Assembly: GCA_951406725.2 (NCBI GenBank)
Contig: OX597818.1
Coordinates: forward strand, 121,210,001 to 121,274,000
DNA from: Octopus vulgaris
Taxonomy: Eukaryota
DNA: 64,000 nucleotides
Direction of reading: 5' to 3'
Below are positions 11,711 to 25,299 of this stretch, piece after piece. The translations under genes were made by a program, and so were the position numbers. The notes under the pieces are model-generated. The model saw only the letters and a program-made list of their open reading frames with translations. It did not search any database and was not told where the DNA came from. Each line of letters starts with the position of its first letter. The stretch's first letter is position 1.

Positions 11711-12117
11711 GTAATTTATAATTTTATTGTAATCCCCCCCCCCTCTCTCTTTCTCTCTCTACCTTCTTACAACTTGAGAGTACACCACAAGACCTCTTCA
11801 CTACCATCTTTCCTATTATTTCCAACTGAGGTAACCATGGATCTACCAGACAGCAAGACACTTGCACCTCTCTCTCTATCATATCTTAATCTTTCATCAC
11901 CTGGTATAAAGCCAACACCCTCAGTAGAGAGGTTTTTCCTTGTGAGTTTACTTGGTGACCTCATTCATGCTAGTCACACACAAAGATCATCCAGTTCCAG
12001 CATGGCTGCAGTCAACTGAGTGGAACAAAAGAATACCCTCTATAAAGTGGTTGGCATTAAGGGCATTGAGCAGATACTGGAGCTTAGTGCAGGCACGAAA
12101 AATGGATGATGTGGTAT

Positions 12118-12675
12118 TACAAGGGATTGTTGAAAAATTCCTGGCTTTACTACTTGTACTTGTAGCGACATTCACTCTGGGTGGGTTGAGTCGGGTTCTT
12201 CTACCACCCTCCATGGCAGCCCACACATGACAGTCCTGCGCCAGTTCACTGGAGATAGCAAGCCAGTCACGGTTCCATCGGTGCAGGCTGACCACCTGTG
12301 GTCCCGTGAGCACGGAGAGGTCCTCCTTGATCATCGTAACCCAGGTCTTCAGCTGCCCTCTCGCACGTTTCCGCCAGTTGGGAAGTGGAGTCAGGAGAAG
12401 GACATCATGGCTCAGTTCACCCACTGGACGCCTACATGCATGGCCAAACTACTGCAAGTGCCGTTCCAGAAGGACAGATGGCTTTAAGGGTATTGTGAAA
12501 GTCTTGGTTGGAGGTGCAGACTTCTGAGTTCTTTTATAGGGCTTAGAAAAACTGAAGGACTGCTGCAAGAAGTGTGTGAATCTGAGAGGGGAATGTGTTG
12601 AATAAAATCATAATTAACTGATCCTCCTGTATTTTCTTTTAACCAAAGCCAGGAACTTTACAGCGAACCCTCATA
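12118..12675 (+). mobile_element. Non-autonomous mariner element interrupted by an RTE fragment
   Basis: TIRs tacaagggattgttgaaaaattcctggcttt / aaagccaggaactttacagcgaaccctcata; internal GLEKLKDCCKKCVNLRGECVE* is a mariner transposase C-terminus. Confidence 0.7.
12151..12478 (-). mobile_element. RTE-clade LINE 3' fragment
   Basis: PNWRKRARGQLKTW...SELAQD..WAA; (CAAGTA)n tail; TSD tggcttta. Confidence 0.8.
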
Positions 12676-12777
12676 AAATGCATTTTAACATTTATTCAAA
12701 CAATCTTAGATGTAGGCATAGGTGTGTGGTTTCAGGTTTGATTCCATTGTAAGTCATTTTATGAAAGTGTTTTCTTT

Positions 12778-13112
12778 TACTTGTACATGTGGCAACATTC
12801 ACCCTGGGCGGGTTGAGTCGGCTTCTTCTACCATCCTCGAGGCATCTCGAACCATGGCAGCCCACGCACGATGATCCTGCACCAGTTCACTGGAGATAGC
12901 GAGCCAGTCACAGTCCCATTGGCGCAGGCCGACCACCTGCAGATCCGTGAGCACGGAGAGGCCCTCCTTGATCGTCATAACGCAGGTCTTCAGCTTCCCG
13001 CCCGTGCATTTCTGCCAGTTGGGAAGTGGAGTTGGGAGAAGGAAATCACGACTCAGTTCACCCACCGGACGTCTACATGCATGGTCAAACTACCACAAGC
13101 ATCGTTGCAGAA
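12778..13112 (-). mobile_element. RTE-clade LINE 3' fragment (second copy) inserted in a SINE B
   Basis: Homologous to 12151-12478; ends ...ELVQDHRAWAAMVRDASRMVEEADSTRPG*. Confidence 0.8.
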
Positions 13113-13502
13113 GGTGTCTTCTAACTTTACTTTGGGTCAATCAAAGCCTTGTGAGAGAAATCTGGAAGAAAGAAGTTGTGGTGGGCCTGCTTGGAAAGGT
13201 GCTTTCCTGTTCTAACACCACCTGACCCATAGGTTTCTTTAGCAGTGGCCACTTTATTGTATGTATTCATCCTAGGTCTCTGGTTTAAGAATAATTTCAA
13301 CTCTTCCTTCCACTAATTACGGAACTTCAGTAAATGGTCATGGGTTTGACCCGTCCCTCTCTGACAATAAACAAAAACAAAAAAAAAATACTTAAAGCTG
13401 TACATACCTGCATTGTAATTATTCTATTTTGTGTACTCTAACTAAAAATGTTAAGGGGTATACATTTGTTAACATTTAACACATATTTTTATCTCCTTCC
13501 AG

Positions 13503-13556
13503 GATATTGCTAATGACATGAAGATTATTATCAATTCAACAGAGAAGCTTCTTGCG
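13503..13556 (+). CDS. Desulfurase-like gene, exon 6
   Basis: ccttccag acceptor, gtttgt donor; DIANDMKIIINSTEKLLA; phase 0-0. Confidence 0.7.
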
Positions 13557-13791
13557 GTTTGTTAATCTCCTTTATCTCTTTGCTTAATTTATTTCCATTT
13601 GTTGTGCAGTCCATTACTTTGTCTAACATCAATCATAGAAAAGATTAATTCTTTGGTTTCTTGTTTTTGTAATTTGCTCAGTAGTTCGATTTAGTGACGC
13701 TCAGCTTTTCGCTCTACTTTGTTAGCAACGATACTGTTATTACGTCAAGTATGAAGAAATTCTGCCTTTTAAAAGGAAACCAGTAAATAAA

Positions 13792-14112
<321 letters not shown>

Positions 14113-14532
14113 GTGTAGGAGTGCAGGCTTGGCTGTGTGGTAAAGACAGTTGTTTCCCACCCATGCAGTCTCAGGTTCAGTCTCGCTGTGTGGCACATAG
14201 AATGAGTATCTTCTACTATAACCCTAGGTCAACCAGAACCTTGAAATAGGATTTGGTAGAAAGAAACTAAAAGAAGCCCATTGTATGTATGTACATGTGT
14301 GCATGAGTTCCATTGTCTTGACATTACATTTCTGATTGTAAATGCCATCATGCAAGTGATGTCTTGTTTCCACTCTTCAGTGAAAAACATGTCTGGCCAT
14401 GTAGAAAGACTAACTTGCTTGGAAATAGGTAAGGTTTGGTGGCAGTTTAAACTCAGACTCTAATGTTTGTTTTAAAAAAATACTTTAACAGAAATAACAA
14501 GACACTACAACATGATGTAACAACTTCAGTTA

Positions 14533-14926
14533 TCTCTCTCTATATATAAAGCTGAAGTTGTCTGTGTGTGGCAGGTTAGGTAGCCTTCAACTAACACTAT
14601 CTCCTCCGAGACCCTGCGGTGTAAGTTGACTAAAATTGAGAGTATGATAGAAGAAGGCTTGCTCTTCCTTCTGCAGAAGAAAAAATTCAAATCCGACTAT
14701 GTTAGCACCAAAAATTATTTACATCAAAAAGGTGCTTTTTTTCTATGAAAATTCCTATTTTTCACGATTTTTTGACTGCCGTGTTGCCATTTTTTGGTGT
14801 ATTTCAACCAGAAAAATGTTCACTTAAAGAGAATAACAAGCTGCATAATGCAAAATTTTTATTTTTCAAAAATTCCAATTCTAAAGGGTCAAAACAAACC
14901 CAAGCAACGCCGGGTGATACTGCTAG
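14533..14926 (+). mobile_element. Non-autonomous Helitron-like element
   Basis: A|TC start, subterminal hairpin cccaagcaacgccggg, CTAG|T end; second copy at 26695-27087. Confidence 0.75.
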
Positions 14927-15077
14927 TATAAATATATTTACACAGGTTGAGAAAAAATTGAAAATGTTCTCTGAAGTTTTAGAAATGCCTTCAGAATGAA
15001 TTGCAATTGTGTCTTGTACAAAGTTCAATAGTACAGTATTGCTGCCTTTCAGTTGGCTAAAACCATGTAAAAGTCTA

Positions 15078-15447
15078 TATTCTTTTACTTGTTTTAGTCA
15101 TTTGACTGCAGCCATGCTGGAGCACCACCTTTAAGTCAAACAAATTGACCTCAGAACTTACTCTTTGTAAGCCTAGTACTTATTCTGTTGGACATTTTGC
15201 TGAACCACTAAATTACAATGACGTAGACACACCATCAGTTGTCGTGCAATGGTGGATACATGCGCACGCACACACACACACACACACAGATACATGACTG
15301 GCTTCTTCCAGTTTTCTGTCTACCAAATCCACTCACAAGGCTTTGGTTGGCCTGAAAGTTATAGTAAAAGACATTTGCCCATGCAGTGGGATTAAACCAG
15401 GAACCATGTAGTTGGGAAGCAAATTTCTTACCACACAGCCATGCCTG
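15078..15447 (-). mobile_element. SINE family B
   Basis: Homology to other B copies. Confidence 0.75.
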
Positions 15448-15562
15448 GAATAGAGGAAATTGTGCAAAAAACCTTCCAGATGGGTTGTGCCTGTTCCTAG
15501 CAGGTAGATTCAACTTGCTCCTCAATTTATAACCTCCATCTGGCCATAGCATTTAGACCAGA

Positions 15563-15870
15563 TATCATCATCATCATCATCATTTAACGTCTGTTTTCCC
15601 CGCTAGCATGGGTTGGACGGTTCAACCGGGGTCTGGGAAGCCAGAAGGCTGCACCAGGCTCCAGTCTTATCTGGCAGTGTTTCTACAGTTGGATGCCCTT
15701 CCTAATGCCAACCACTCCGTCAGTGTAGTGGGTGCTTTTTACATGTCAGGCGAGGCTGGCAATGGCCATGATCGGCTGGTGCTTTTTATGTGCCACCGGC
15801 ACGGAAGCTGGTCAAGGCAGTGCTGGCATCGGCTACGTTCGGATGGTCCTTTTTACGTGCCACTGGCACA
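15563..15870 (-). mobile_element. SINE-like family E
   Basis: Reverse complement of 9710-10034 with (ATC)n tail. Confidence 0.75.
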
Positions 15871-16248
15871 GAATTGTGGTCTGGAAATATCTCTGTCCCT
15901 TAATCCTACCATTCTTTGAGCCCACAAGTAATATGTAATACTTTTCCTTCTTTAGCTATATAAGAAAGGAAAATTATAAGCACAGGCATGGCTGTGTGGT
16001 TAAGAAGCTTGCTTTGTAATCACAAGGTCTTGTTCAGTCTAACTGCATGGCATCTTGGGCCTACTTCTATTGCCCTAGGCCATGTGAGTGAACTTGATAG
16101 ACAGAAACCGGGTAGTAGCCTGTTGTACATGTCTGTAACATAGCAGTTCAGTGAAAGTCTAGTACAGTAAATGCCAGATTTAAAAAAAAAAATGTATTGG
16201 GGTTGAAAAGACATTTAAGTGACAATTATTTTTCTTTTTTTTTCCTAG

Positions 16249-16491
16249 ATGCAAGATGACACACACAAAGATAACATTGAAGATCACATCCCCGAGGATA
16301 AAAAGAGTCTGCTTTGGTTTCTTACACCTCGGGAAGCCGCATCATACTTGATCAAAGGAGAGTATTCTTCTATAAATGACGTAGAAAATCCCAGTTCAAG
16401 CGATATGGTCTTTCTACCTCGAACCCTATCTCAGAGAAAACTTAGCATTGACCCAGTCTACCTAAAATCTTGTGAAGCCTTACACAAGTGA
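16249..16491 (+). CDS. Desulfurase-like gene, terminal coding exon
   Basis: Poly-T tract plus cctag acceptor; MQDDTHKD...KSLLWFLTPREAASYL...HK*; the LxWFLxPxEA motif closes this family's domain; TGA ends at 16491. Confidence 0.8.
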   Translation: MQDDTHKDNIEDHIPEDKKSLLWFLTPREAASYLIKGEYSSINDVENPSSSDMVFLPRTLSQRKLSIDPVYLKSCEALHK

Positions 16492-16890
16492 AGTAATTGT
16501 CTTGGCTTTTCTGGTTTTATCGACTTGATAGCAAATCGAGAGAAGAGCAAATCTGAAAGTATTACAAATGGAAAACTAGTTAAAACTAAATGCCATGATT
16601 ATAATTCCTTAACTCATTAGTAGAACAACAATAACCTTCAGATATACTACCACATATAATGGTTTATTCACTGCATGTTATATACTATTTCATGATTAAA
16701 ACTAAATACCACGACTATAATTCCTTAACTCATTAGAACAACAATGGTCTTCAGATATGCTTCCACGTGTAACGGTTTTCTTGCTGCATGTTATACTATA
16801 TCATATATCTTTATCATTAAAAAAATTGCTTTTAAATATTTTCATAATTGTGATTTAATCAAATAAGAGAAAAAGAAACTTTGAAAATGC

Positions 16891-17830
<940 letters not shown>

Positions 17831-18568
17831 AATCTGGTGAAGTTGTCTTAGTTTTCTGATATATTTTATATTGAAAAGGTTTTTTTAAGTATATACGACA
17901 TTTACTATTTATGCTGTCTATTGAATTTTTATCTTTCTGTGTATCTTAATTCTTGTTGTATAATTCTAATATCTGTTTATAATCATTCGTTTTTATACTT
18001 TAGTCTTGTGAAATGAACCGATTCAGTATTTTACCATTCTATTATATAAAGTCAACCCTTCTCCACACATGTTTTTCTTGTTTTTTTTTTTCTGGTCCTT
18101 CCTCAATTATGATGAGGGTTCCAGTTGATCTAATTAACAGAATAACCTGCTCGTGAAATTAACATGCAAGTGTCTGAGCACTCCACAGACATGCATACCC
18201 TTAATGTAGTTCTCAGCCTTTCATACTGAATGTTCCTATGACACGACTGGTCCTTTGAAATAGAAGTATTACTCATTTTTGCCAGCTGGATAGACTGGAG
18301 CAACATGAAACGGGGTCCTTCTGAAGGACAATGTGCCACCGGGAATCAAAACCATGACCTTGCAATGAGGAGACAAAAACCTTAATCACTAAGCTACATG
18401 CTAACATGTACACCAACATGTATTTTCTCAAAGAAGTACATGGCTAATTTAAGCTTTATAGTCATCAATATCCTGGACAATACTCAGTATGTGTCTATAA
18501 CATAATCAGAAATGCAAGTGTTTATTCTTTATAGTTTCAGTTCCATATATTTTTGAATCAAAGGAGGA

Positions 18569-19931
18569 ATGGGACGTAGAAAAGGCCTTAACGATGAAGG
18601 AAAAGTTTGTCATCACCAAAGAAAGTGTTAAAGGCACCTCTCTTCATGTCATTGTGGAGAAGTTAGGTTGTCATGTGGACACGGTTAGACGATGCTTCGA
18701 TTGTGGGACCTCCAAAACTGTGACAGCTAGGAATTTAAGGATTATTGGCTGCAAGTTATGTGGGAAACCTGGACAGGAGTGGCTGTGTGGTAAGTAGCTT
18801 GCTAACCAACCACATGGTTCCGGGTTCAGTCCCACTGCGTGGCATCTTGGGCAAGTGTCTTCTGCTATAGCCCCGGGCCGACCAATGCCTTGTGAGTGGA
18901 TTTGGTAGACGGAAACTGAAAGAAGCCTGTCTTATATATGTATATATATGTATGTGTGTGTGTGTGTGTGTGTGTTTGTGTGCCTGTGTTTGTCCCCCTA
19001 GCATTGCTTGACAGCCGATGCTGGTGTGTTTACGTCCCCGTTACTTAGCAGTTCGGCAATAGAGACCGATAGAATAAGTACTGGGCTTACAAAGAATAAG
19101 TCCCGGGGTCGATTTGCTCGTCTAAAGGCAGTGCTCCAGCATGGCCGCAGTCAAATGACTGAAACAAGTAAAAGAGTAAAAAAGTAAACAAGCAAAGCCA
19201 TTTTCATCGCCTTCAGACTTCATGTACCGAAAACCACCAGAAATTGCATCATCGGGACCATGGCTTCCGAGCCAGAACCTCTGAAACTGCCTCCTTTAAC
19301 GTTCCGTCACAGGAGTTTGAGGCTTCAATGGGCTCAAAGTACATGGCGTTAGACACGAGTTGTATTCTGTTCACTGACAAAACCAGGATGACCCCCGACA
19401 GACCTGACGGCAAGGAAAATGGTTGGGTCTAATTTGGAGATGAGCGTTACCGACGTTTACGATGTCAACAATAGGGTGGAGGAGTCGTGTTGTGTTCTGG
19501 TATCATTGGGAACAGACTTGTTGGCCCAGTCAGGGTACCTGAAGGGGTAAGTGACCACAGCCACCTACAGCAATCTTCTGAAGGAGGTTTTGGATCCCTG
19601 GCTAGATGATATACTGCTGTCACTTCTAAGGAATCTCGTATTCATGCATAGACCACCCAAATATTACTAAGGTTTTATGGCATACAAGGTGAAAGGATGA
19701 TGGTGTGGCTGCGATCATCTCCGGATCTCAAGCCTATCGAAAATATTTAGCCCATCATTAAACAAAATGTTTATGCTGATGAATGTCAATTTACGTCGAA
19801 AGATGTCTTAAGGCTGACCATCAAAACTGCAGAAGACGCAGTCCAACCTGTTACTATTAAGAAATTGACAGATTCCATGACTAGTAGAGATTTTGAAATT
19901 ATCAGTTGAAATGGCGCTCATGTGGCTAAAT
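18569..19931 (+). pseudogene. Decayed Tc1-like transposase, interrupted by SINE B (18775-19184)
   Basis: MGRRKGLTMKEK HTH start, ILFTDKTRMTPDRPDG (cf. FSDE...LDGPDG), GGGVV, SPDLKPIENI; stops and frameshifts. Confidence 0.75.
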
Positions 19932-21325
19932 AATTCATTATGTCAATAAATGTTATAATATTATGATTTTCTGTTAAATATATACTCAATGTATGCTTAA
20001 TATGTATCATTACCCTTCATTTTCTGAAAAAAGTTCAGATGGGTAATTTTCATTCAAAAGCTGATGGTGTGGTTTACCCCAAAAGTGAAGAATCTGAAAT
20101 AAAAAAAAGAAAGGAAGAACGTTACACAATAATGAAAACATAACAATGGTGTTGCCATAATGTGCAAACCAGCTGGGAAAAGTTTTATCAAAAGCGATTC
20201 ACAGAAAACCGAGAAATCCTAAATTTTACTCCTAAGGCATTAGCGTGGTTCTGGGTGTAGTTGTGGAGAATTAAGGGTTGCAAACGTAGCATTCATCTGG
20301 GACGAATACAAGAACCAAGAAATGTTACGAAATTCCAGCGAAGAGAGAATGATTACATATACACATATGATCAAAAGTTGCACAGTAGAAGTAAATATAT
20401 TTGACTTTGAACCACAGTAACTGAAAAGTTTTGCAAGTAACCTGGGTATCTGCAAAGAAAATGGAATCTAAAGATTTGAGAATGTAACAGAGCAGAACTG
20501 AAGTACAAAGCATGAGAGATACGAGTCTCATAGAGGGAGAATATATTGTCTGCGTGTGATGGTTGGATTTACGTCGGACTGGGATTCATAATTGATGGGG
20601 GGGAAAAGTGAGATGAGTGAGAACATCTTTTGGCAGATTTAACATAATTCTTTTGATATGCTTTCAAGATGTTTTGGTTTGTGGTAGGAAAAAACTACAA
20701 TTCATGAGTTGTCTCTAATCATTACTTTGGTCCTTGAATTTGGCCCATCTGTATATCAGAAGTCTTGATAACTTGTGTTTGCTGGGGCAATAATCAAGAG
20801 CGAGAGACCTTATGGGATTACTCTTTCTCCTACAGTTACTTAGTCCTCGTCTTTTCATTGTCTGGTTCTGGGCTTCCGTTGGGAAATATTTTCTTGCTAT
20901 AGACAGTCATGGCTGTATAGTAAAAAGCTTACTTCGCAACCACATGGTTTTGAGTTCGGTTCTGCTGTATGGGTTCCTTGGGCAAGTGTCATCTTGCTTA
21001 AGATCCTGTGAGTGTATCTGGTGTATGAAAATTGAATGGAAGCCCGTCGAAAATACGTATATGTGTGTGTGTGTTTGGGTTCGTCCTCCAACTGGTGCTG
21101 GTTTGTTTGCGTCTTTGAAACGTAGCGGTTTGGCAAAGTAACTGATAAAATAAATACCAAACTGTTAAAAAGTAAATACTGGGGGCGATTTGTAAGACTA
21201 ATATCCTTCAAAGTGATGCCCCAGCATGGCCGCAATCCAATAACTGAAAGAAACAAGATATGATACCCACTGATAAAAGACGGCATCATGTATAAGAAAC
21301 ATTAGCGATACCTGACGCATCAAAA

Positions 21326-22205
21326 AATCATTTCTACTCTAGGCACAAGGCGCAACATTTTGTGAGAAGGGGCCAGTCGATTAGATCTACCTCAGTATGC
21401 AACTGGTACTTGATTTATCGACCCCGAAAAGATGAAAGGCAAAGTCGACCTCGGCTGAATTTGAACTCAGAACATAACGACAGACGAAATACCTATTTCT
21501 TTACTACCCACAAGGGGCTAAACACAGAGAGGACAAACAAGGACAGACACACGGATTAAGTCGACTATATCGACCCCAGTGCGTAATTGGTACTTATTTA
21601 ATCGACCCCGAAAGGATGAAAGGCAAAGTCGACCTCAGCGGAATTTGAACTCAGAACGTAACGGCAGACGAAATACGGCTACGCATTTCGCCCCGCGTGC
21701 TAACTTTTCTGCTAGCTCGCCGCCTTCTAAAATACCTATTTCTTTACTACCCACAAGGGGCTGCACACAGAGGGGACAAACAAGGACAGACAAACGAATT
21801 AAGTCGATTATATCGACCCCAGTGCGTAGCTGGTACTTATTTAATCGACCCCTAAAGGATGAAAGCAAAGTCGACCTCGGCTGAATTTGAACTTAGAACG
21901 TAGCGGCAGACGAAATACCAATTTCTTTACTGCCCACAAGGGGCTACACACAGAGGGAACAAACAAGGACAGACAAGCGGATTAAGTCGATTATATCGAC
22001 CCCAGTGCGTAACTGGTACTTATTTTATCGACCCTGAAAGGATGAAAGGCAAAGTCGACCTCGGCGGAATTTGAACTCAGAAGTAACGGCAGACGAAATA
22101 CCTTATTTCTTTACTACACACAAGGGGTTAAACACAGGCTTGCAGACGAAATACGGCTACGCATTTCGCCCGGTGTGCTAACGTTTCTGCTAGCTTGCCG
22201 CCTTA
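21326..22205 (-). mobile_element. SINE A multimer (about 5 units)
   Basis: Repeated cagacgaaatacc(t)atttctttac junctions; the distal unit has a different tail. Confidence 0.85.
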
Positions 22206-23188
22206 AATTCCCATAAATACTATTAGTTAAATAGGTAAAACTGATTACTTATGGAATCAACAAAGCGACTCTTCAATATACTATCAGCTCCTCTCTCCGC
22301 TTTAACTGCTACTTATTACATCATCTTCAGAAACTGAGATGTACAGATGGCCCCTAACAAAGAATTTGAAGTTATTAGTGAGAGATTGCTTTTATAATTA
22401 TTTTCTTTTGCCAACTCACTGCCCTCACTTCGTTAATAATGGCTTCAAATTTCGATGAAAGAGCAGCAGGTTGAGGTGCATGGGAGGGGGATCGATTACA
22501 TCGCCTCTGGTTTTTATTTTTATCTATTTCTTTATTACCCACAAGGGGCTAAACATAGAGGGGACAAACAAGGACAGACATAGGTATTAAGTCGATTACA
22601 TCGACTCCAGTGCGTAACTGGTACTTAATTTATCGACCCCGAAAGGATGAAAGGCGAAGTGAACCTCGGCGGAATTTAAATCCAGAACGAAACGAGCAGG
22701 AAGAAATGATGCTCCACCGATTCTGCCAGTTTGCCGAATTGTACTTTGGTAAATGTTGAAAATACTGATTATGATGGTTCTTGAGGTAAGTCACAATTCC
22801 CAATTGAAGCCACTTGATGAAGGAAGACATGAACATCACGACATTCCATAACCTGATCCCTAGTAAATATAGAATATCATCGTTTCGCTGGCTTTAACGT
22901 TCTGAGATCAAATCCTGCCGAAGTCGACTTTGCCGTTCATCCTTTCGTGGTTGCCGTTCATCCTTTCGTGCCAGTCGACCCCGGAGGTCGGTGTTATCGA
23001 CTTACCTCTCGCCCCCTGCCACCAAACCCCAGGCCTTGAAGAAATGATTATTCATAGTTTTTTTTCTCGGTAAGACGTTAACCTTTTGAATGTGAATAAA
23101 TAAATAAAATAGGCTGTGCGACACCACATGGTTTCGGTTTCAGTCTCACTGCGCGGCAGATGTCTTCTACAATAACCTTGGGTCGACC

Positions 23189-23281
23189 AATGCTGCCTGA
23201 GTGAATTTGATACATGTGTGGGACTCGTCGTGTAAATACATATATGTATGTGTGTATGTATACATACATACCCCCCCCCCC

Positions 23282-23324
<43 letters not shown>

Positions 23325-23391
23325 ATACATACACACATATGTATTTACACGATGAGTCCCACACATGTATCAAATTCACTCAGGCAGCATT
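23189..23391. repeat. Foldback palindrome derived from a SINE B fragment
   Basis: aatgctgcctgagtgaatttgatacatgtgtgggactc ... gagtcccacacatgtatcaaattcactcaggcagcatt. Confidence 0.85.
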
Positions 23392-23429
23392 ATATATATA
23401 TATATGTGTGTATATATATAAATTGTGTT

Positions 23430-23675
23430 TCCTTCTGGAGCCATGCCAGACTCATAAGGGCCGGTTTCCTGGTTTCAGTGGCGTATAAATTCTCCCATCT
23501 GGACGACACCAAGGTCTACCCGCAGGATTGCTCATTTTTGCCATGTGAGTGGACTGGAGCAATGTGAAATGAAGTGTTTTGCTCAAGAACACAACGCATC
23601 ACCTGGTCCAGGAATCGAAACCACACTCTTACGATCAGGAGTCCAACACCCTAACCACTAAGCGCCGCGCATCCA
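23430..23675 (-). mobile_element. SINE family D (tRNA-derived, CORE-like)
   Basis: Homologous to 52548-53047. Confidence 0.75.
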
Positions 23676-24853
23676 CACACACACACCCACACACGCGCAC
23701 ACACACACACGTATGTATATATATATACGTATATGTGTGTGTCTGAGTTTAACCCTTTCACCACCGATTGACGACTGGTGTTGGTTTGTTTACATCTCCA
23801 TAACTTAGTGGTACGTTAAAAAGGCCAACAGAATAAGTACATAAGTATCAGACCTACAAAAGTAGTTACTGGGCCGATCTGTTTGACTAAGCCCTCCAAG
23901 GCGGTGCCCCAGCATGACCCATAGCCCGTGACTGAGATAAGCAAAAGATAAAAGATCATTTGTACAAAACTCTGAGGATTAAGGACGGTTTTTTTTTTTT
24001 TTATAAATATCCACATTATGTATGTCGGTATGTAGATACGTATGTATTCTCCATGTGGCATTTTCACTAATTGACCGCATTTTTCAGTCTTTCTCAAAAT
24101 CCTATCCTTTAGACTTGCTTCATTCCATAGCCAAATATGTCGGTTGTTTTGCTAAACGCAGATTTTAGTGGTTGAGCGTCACAACACTTAACACAATAGA
24201 CAGCAAAACCGCTAACCTTACTAAGTCAACATAGAGCAGCGGCAGTGGATGAATATTTCCGGTTTCAGTACATTTTCCTTCACTCCAGGCAAACTTGATG
24301 ACATTGTTGTTTTTATTCAGATAATCTTTCGTCGTATTTAGTTTATTTCAATGAAGCATCACTATGTATCTTAGATCATAATATCAATGACCTCTTGCCA
24401 TCTATAAAAGGCTGCCTTCATGAAGGTTGCATATGTTTGGTTTACAGTATTTATTTATTTATTCACATAATGATTACTTGGGAGGTATGAAGTATTTATA
24501 TCCACTTTTTCATGTTCTTGTAGATAAAGGAATATTTTATTTTTTCTCTTAATTTACCGCCCTGTCACACAAACTCCATAGTATTACATTTGGCATTTAC
24601 AAAAATTATTCCCGTTTCTTTTCGTTTCTTTTGGCTAAGTGTGTGATAGGATTCAAGAATTCGGTGTCATACGATTGGAAGATTAGTTCTGACGTGTGTG
24701 TGTGTGTGTATCCCCGGAATATTAATATTTCTAATAAGCTGTTCTTGACAAGAGTGCTGCAATTAATTCGTTCTTGAGATTTTTAGTCAGAACTAGGAGA
24801 ATGTCATTGATTACGAATTAAATTTATTGATTTCGCTACCACCTTTTTGTCTG

Positions 24854-24902
<49 letters not shown>

Positions 24903-25299
24903 ATATCACTCACACACATTCACTCACTCACTGACACATACATATTCACTCACTCACACACACACACACACACACACACTCACTCACTCACTCACTCACT
25001 CACTCACTCACTCACTCACATTCACTCACTCTGTTTGCTGAAGTTGTAAAGAAGACCATCGGCTGTTGCTAGATTCATCGTTCCGGATGAGACACAAACA
25101 TGTCGAAACACCAGTGTTCCAGAATTCAATGCACTAATGAATCTAGTGCGTCATGATCACATATTCGCCGTAAAGGAGAAGCTGTTCTGTGACGTGCACA
25201 ACAGCGATTAGCATATACATGTTTGAATCTGTTGGAGCATATTAATAAATATGCAAATCGTCATGTATTTACAATATTCATTATGTTCGTCAGTCGGAG

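Noticed and set aside
16249-16491. Stand-alone 80-aa ORF starting with ATG
   Set aside because: The ATG directly follows a splice acceptor, so it is the last exon of the upstream gene.
21362-21884. Recurrent RNWYLFNRPRKDERQSRP peptides
   Set aside because: Translations of SINE A copies, not a protein family.
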